The notes beneath the pieces are model-generated. The model did not search any database. It saw nothing but the letters and a program-made list of their open reading frames with translations, and had not been told where the DNA came from. A stretch of 64,000 bases of DNA from Mobula hypostoma (lineage: Eukaryota), in the NCBI RefSeq assembly GCF_963921235.1, contig NC_086097.1:26166001-26230000 (forward strand), written 5' to 3'. Shown here piece after piece: positions 61,991 to 64,000 of the stretch (position 1 is the first letter of the stretch; each line of letters starts with the position of its first letter). The translations under genes were made by a program, and so were the position numbers.

Positions 61991-63419
61991 TTTAACCTTT
62001 AATTCATTCCTTAAATTAAGTTTCAAAAGGGCTTCAATTGATCATTCAAATTTCACTTCAACACAAATACATTTATTACCATCCACTACTGAAAACTCAA
62101 ACACAATTCCAGAGAATCTTGTGCTTGCTGCATGAAAGTACCATGATGTTAGTGGAAGGAACAATGGTCCCGAGGTGGGCAGTGACTCTGTGAGACTGGG
62201 ATGGGGGGAGAGGTCTTGAAGTGAGTGCTGAGGGGTCCCAGTACCTGGGTAACAAGTTTTTTTACAGGTAAAATTAATAAAGGCTACATATTAGCACATT
62301 CTACGTATCATTTTGTATGGCAGGGCAGCATAGTAGTTAGCATAACGCTATTACAGAGATTTTAAATGACTGGCCCCTTTATTATTACCACTAGATGCAG
62401 GAGCAAAATTGGACCATTTGTCTCATCAAGTCTACTCTGGCACACTGTTGTCTTTTAACCCCATTCCTCTACCTTCTCCTTATTATCCTTTACCGTCTTA
62501 CCAATCAGAAAACCTATCAGGCTACATCCTTTTGTGACATTCCCACTACTGAAAACACCTCAACATCAGTATAATGTCAGCTTGTATCAGTTTCCTGTTT
62601 CAACCATCATCAGCCCATGTTAATATGAGAACATTAAAAACAACTTCCCTTGCCTTTCCTCTGTGTCGCTGCATCCCTGCAGCAAGACTTCAGTTAATCC
62701 CTTGATTGGCATCCAGGGGTATTAATCTATCCTTTGATCTCATTCCTTGCCAAGTGCATGTTCCATCTCTGGAGATTTGCTTGTAATCTTTTCGCCACTG
62801 CATGTTTTCTTTGTAGTTGCATCTTTCTTCTGTGGGGGCTTTCTGATCCATCTTTTTGATGTGATTCTGTAACATTGGTGATTTTTGGAACATTGGCTTT
62901 CAAGATTCAAGATGGTCATTCTTCAGTTCACAAGTGTAAAGGAAAATGAAATGATTGTTACTCTGTGTCCAATGAGGCATAAAAAACAGAAAGCATAACA
63001 CAATCAATACAAATATAAAAGAAATCCTATAGAACATAGTGCAAAAGTAATTATAAATATATTGTACCTAGACTGATTAAAGTGATGCTAGGTAAAGCAA
63101 ATGTAGTGGTGATGGGGGTTGGGATTTGTGTTAGTGGGTGGAGGTGTTGTTTAACCTTACTGCTTGGAGGAAGTACAGTAACTACTTTTGAGTCTGGTGG
63201 CCCTGGCATGGATGCTGCGAAGGCTCGTCCCTGATGGGAGTGTAATGAACAGTCCACGAGCAGGGTGGGTGCGATCCTTCGTGATAGTGCTGACAGAAAG
63301 CTGTTTTGTTCAAAGCAATAATAGTCTTATCAAACAAGGGACCAAAAGTTAACTACAGGTGCATCACTGGTGTTTCTCCTATAGTAAATTGTTCCAAGAG
63401 TGAACAGAAGCAAGTTTTA

Positions 63420-64000
63420 TAGCAAAAAATAGTGGGAAGTTAGTGCATTGGGAAGCTTCTTAAAAACAGCAGAAGGCAACTAATAAAGTCATAAGGAGAG
63501 AGAAGTTCAAATATGGAAGTAAGCTGGTCAATAATGTAAAAGAGGATACCAAAAATCGTGGATGAATTTAATAAGTATTTTGTGTCAGTCTTCACTATGG
63601 CAGTATGCTAGAAATTCAAGAGTGTCGGGGGCAGAAATGAGTGCAGTTTCTATTACCAAGGAGAAAGGTGCTTGGGAAGCTGAAAGGTGAAGGTAGATAA
63701 GTCACCTGGACCAGATGGATACAGCCCAGGGTTCTGGAAGAGGTAGCTGAAGAGATTATAGAGATCTTAGTAAAGAACTTTCCAGAATCACTAGATTCTG
63801 CAATGGATCTTGAGGACAGGGAAATTGCAAATGTCACTGCACTCTTTAAGAAGGGAGGCAGGCAGAAGAAATGAAATGATAGACCTGTTAGCCTGACTTC
63901 AGCGGTGAGGAAGCTGTTGGAGTCCATTTAGTAGGGTTGAGGTTTGGGTACTCAGAGGCACATGAGAAAGTAGTTCAAAGTCGGCATATTTTCCTGAAGG
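63420..64000 (+). mobile_element. Degraded CR1 ORF2 mid-region running off the window end
   Basis: Similar to the reverse complement of 47030-47700 (DKSPGPDG, IANVT.LFKKG). Confidence 0.8.

Noticed and set aside
62690..62893. 67-aa ORF with unusually few stops in all three minus frames
   Set aside because: No recognisable domain or convincing splice sites; cannot be supported as an exon.
1..64000. CRISPR array or prokaryotic operon/defence system (retron, DGR)
   Set aside because: No regularly spaced repeats and no operon structure; all RTs are CR1, Rex1, Penelope or Gypsy types in vertebrate-like DNA.

Overview
This is eukaryotic (vertebrate) DNA made mostly of transposable elements. The repeat spectrum (CR1, Rex1/Babar, Penelope, V-SINE/HE1-like SINEs, fish-type chromoviral Gypsy, hAT, Tc1, Tigger, Harbinger) suggests a cartilaginous fish, probably a ray or skate; this is inference. 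I can support no host protein-coding exon. Almost all ORFs in the track are TE remnants or antisense noise. The first 700 bp look like a CpG-rich promoter with six CCAAT boxes, possibly bidirectional. The strongest signal is RNA-level. A family of minimal type I hammerhead ribozyme motifs (CTGANGA...GAAA-CG-TC) recurs in about 11 Penelope terminal-repeat copies. Many of these form ORF-less fold-back units, three with 14-16 bp target-site duplications (TSDs), and their parent Penelope element lies at about 36.2-39.5 kb. A separate RTE-type element carries a degraded HDV-like ribozyme fold at its 5' end. Also present: a complete two-LTR chromovirus, a complete hAT with a perfect 8-bp TSD, two young CR1 copies and a six-level nested TE cluster. 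TE boundaries were read by eye and are approximate unless a TIR or TSD is quoted.
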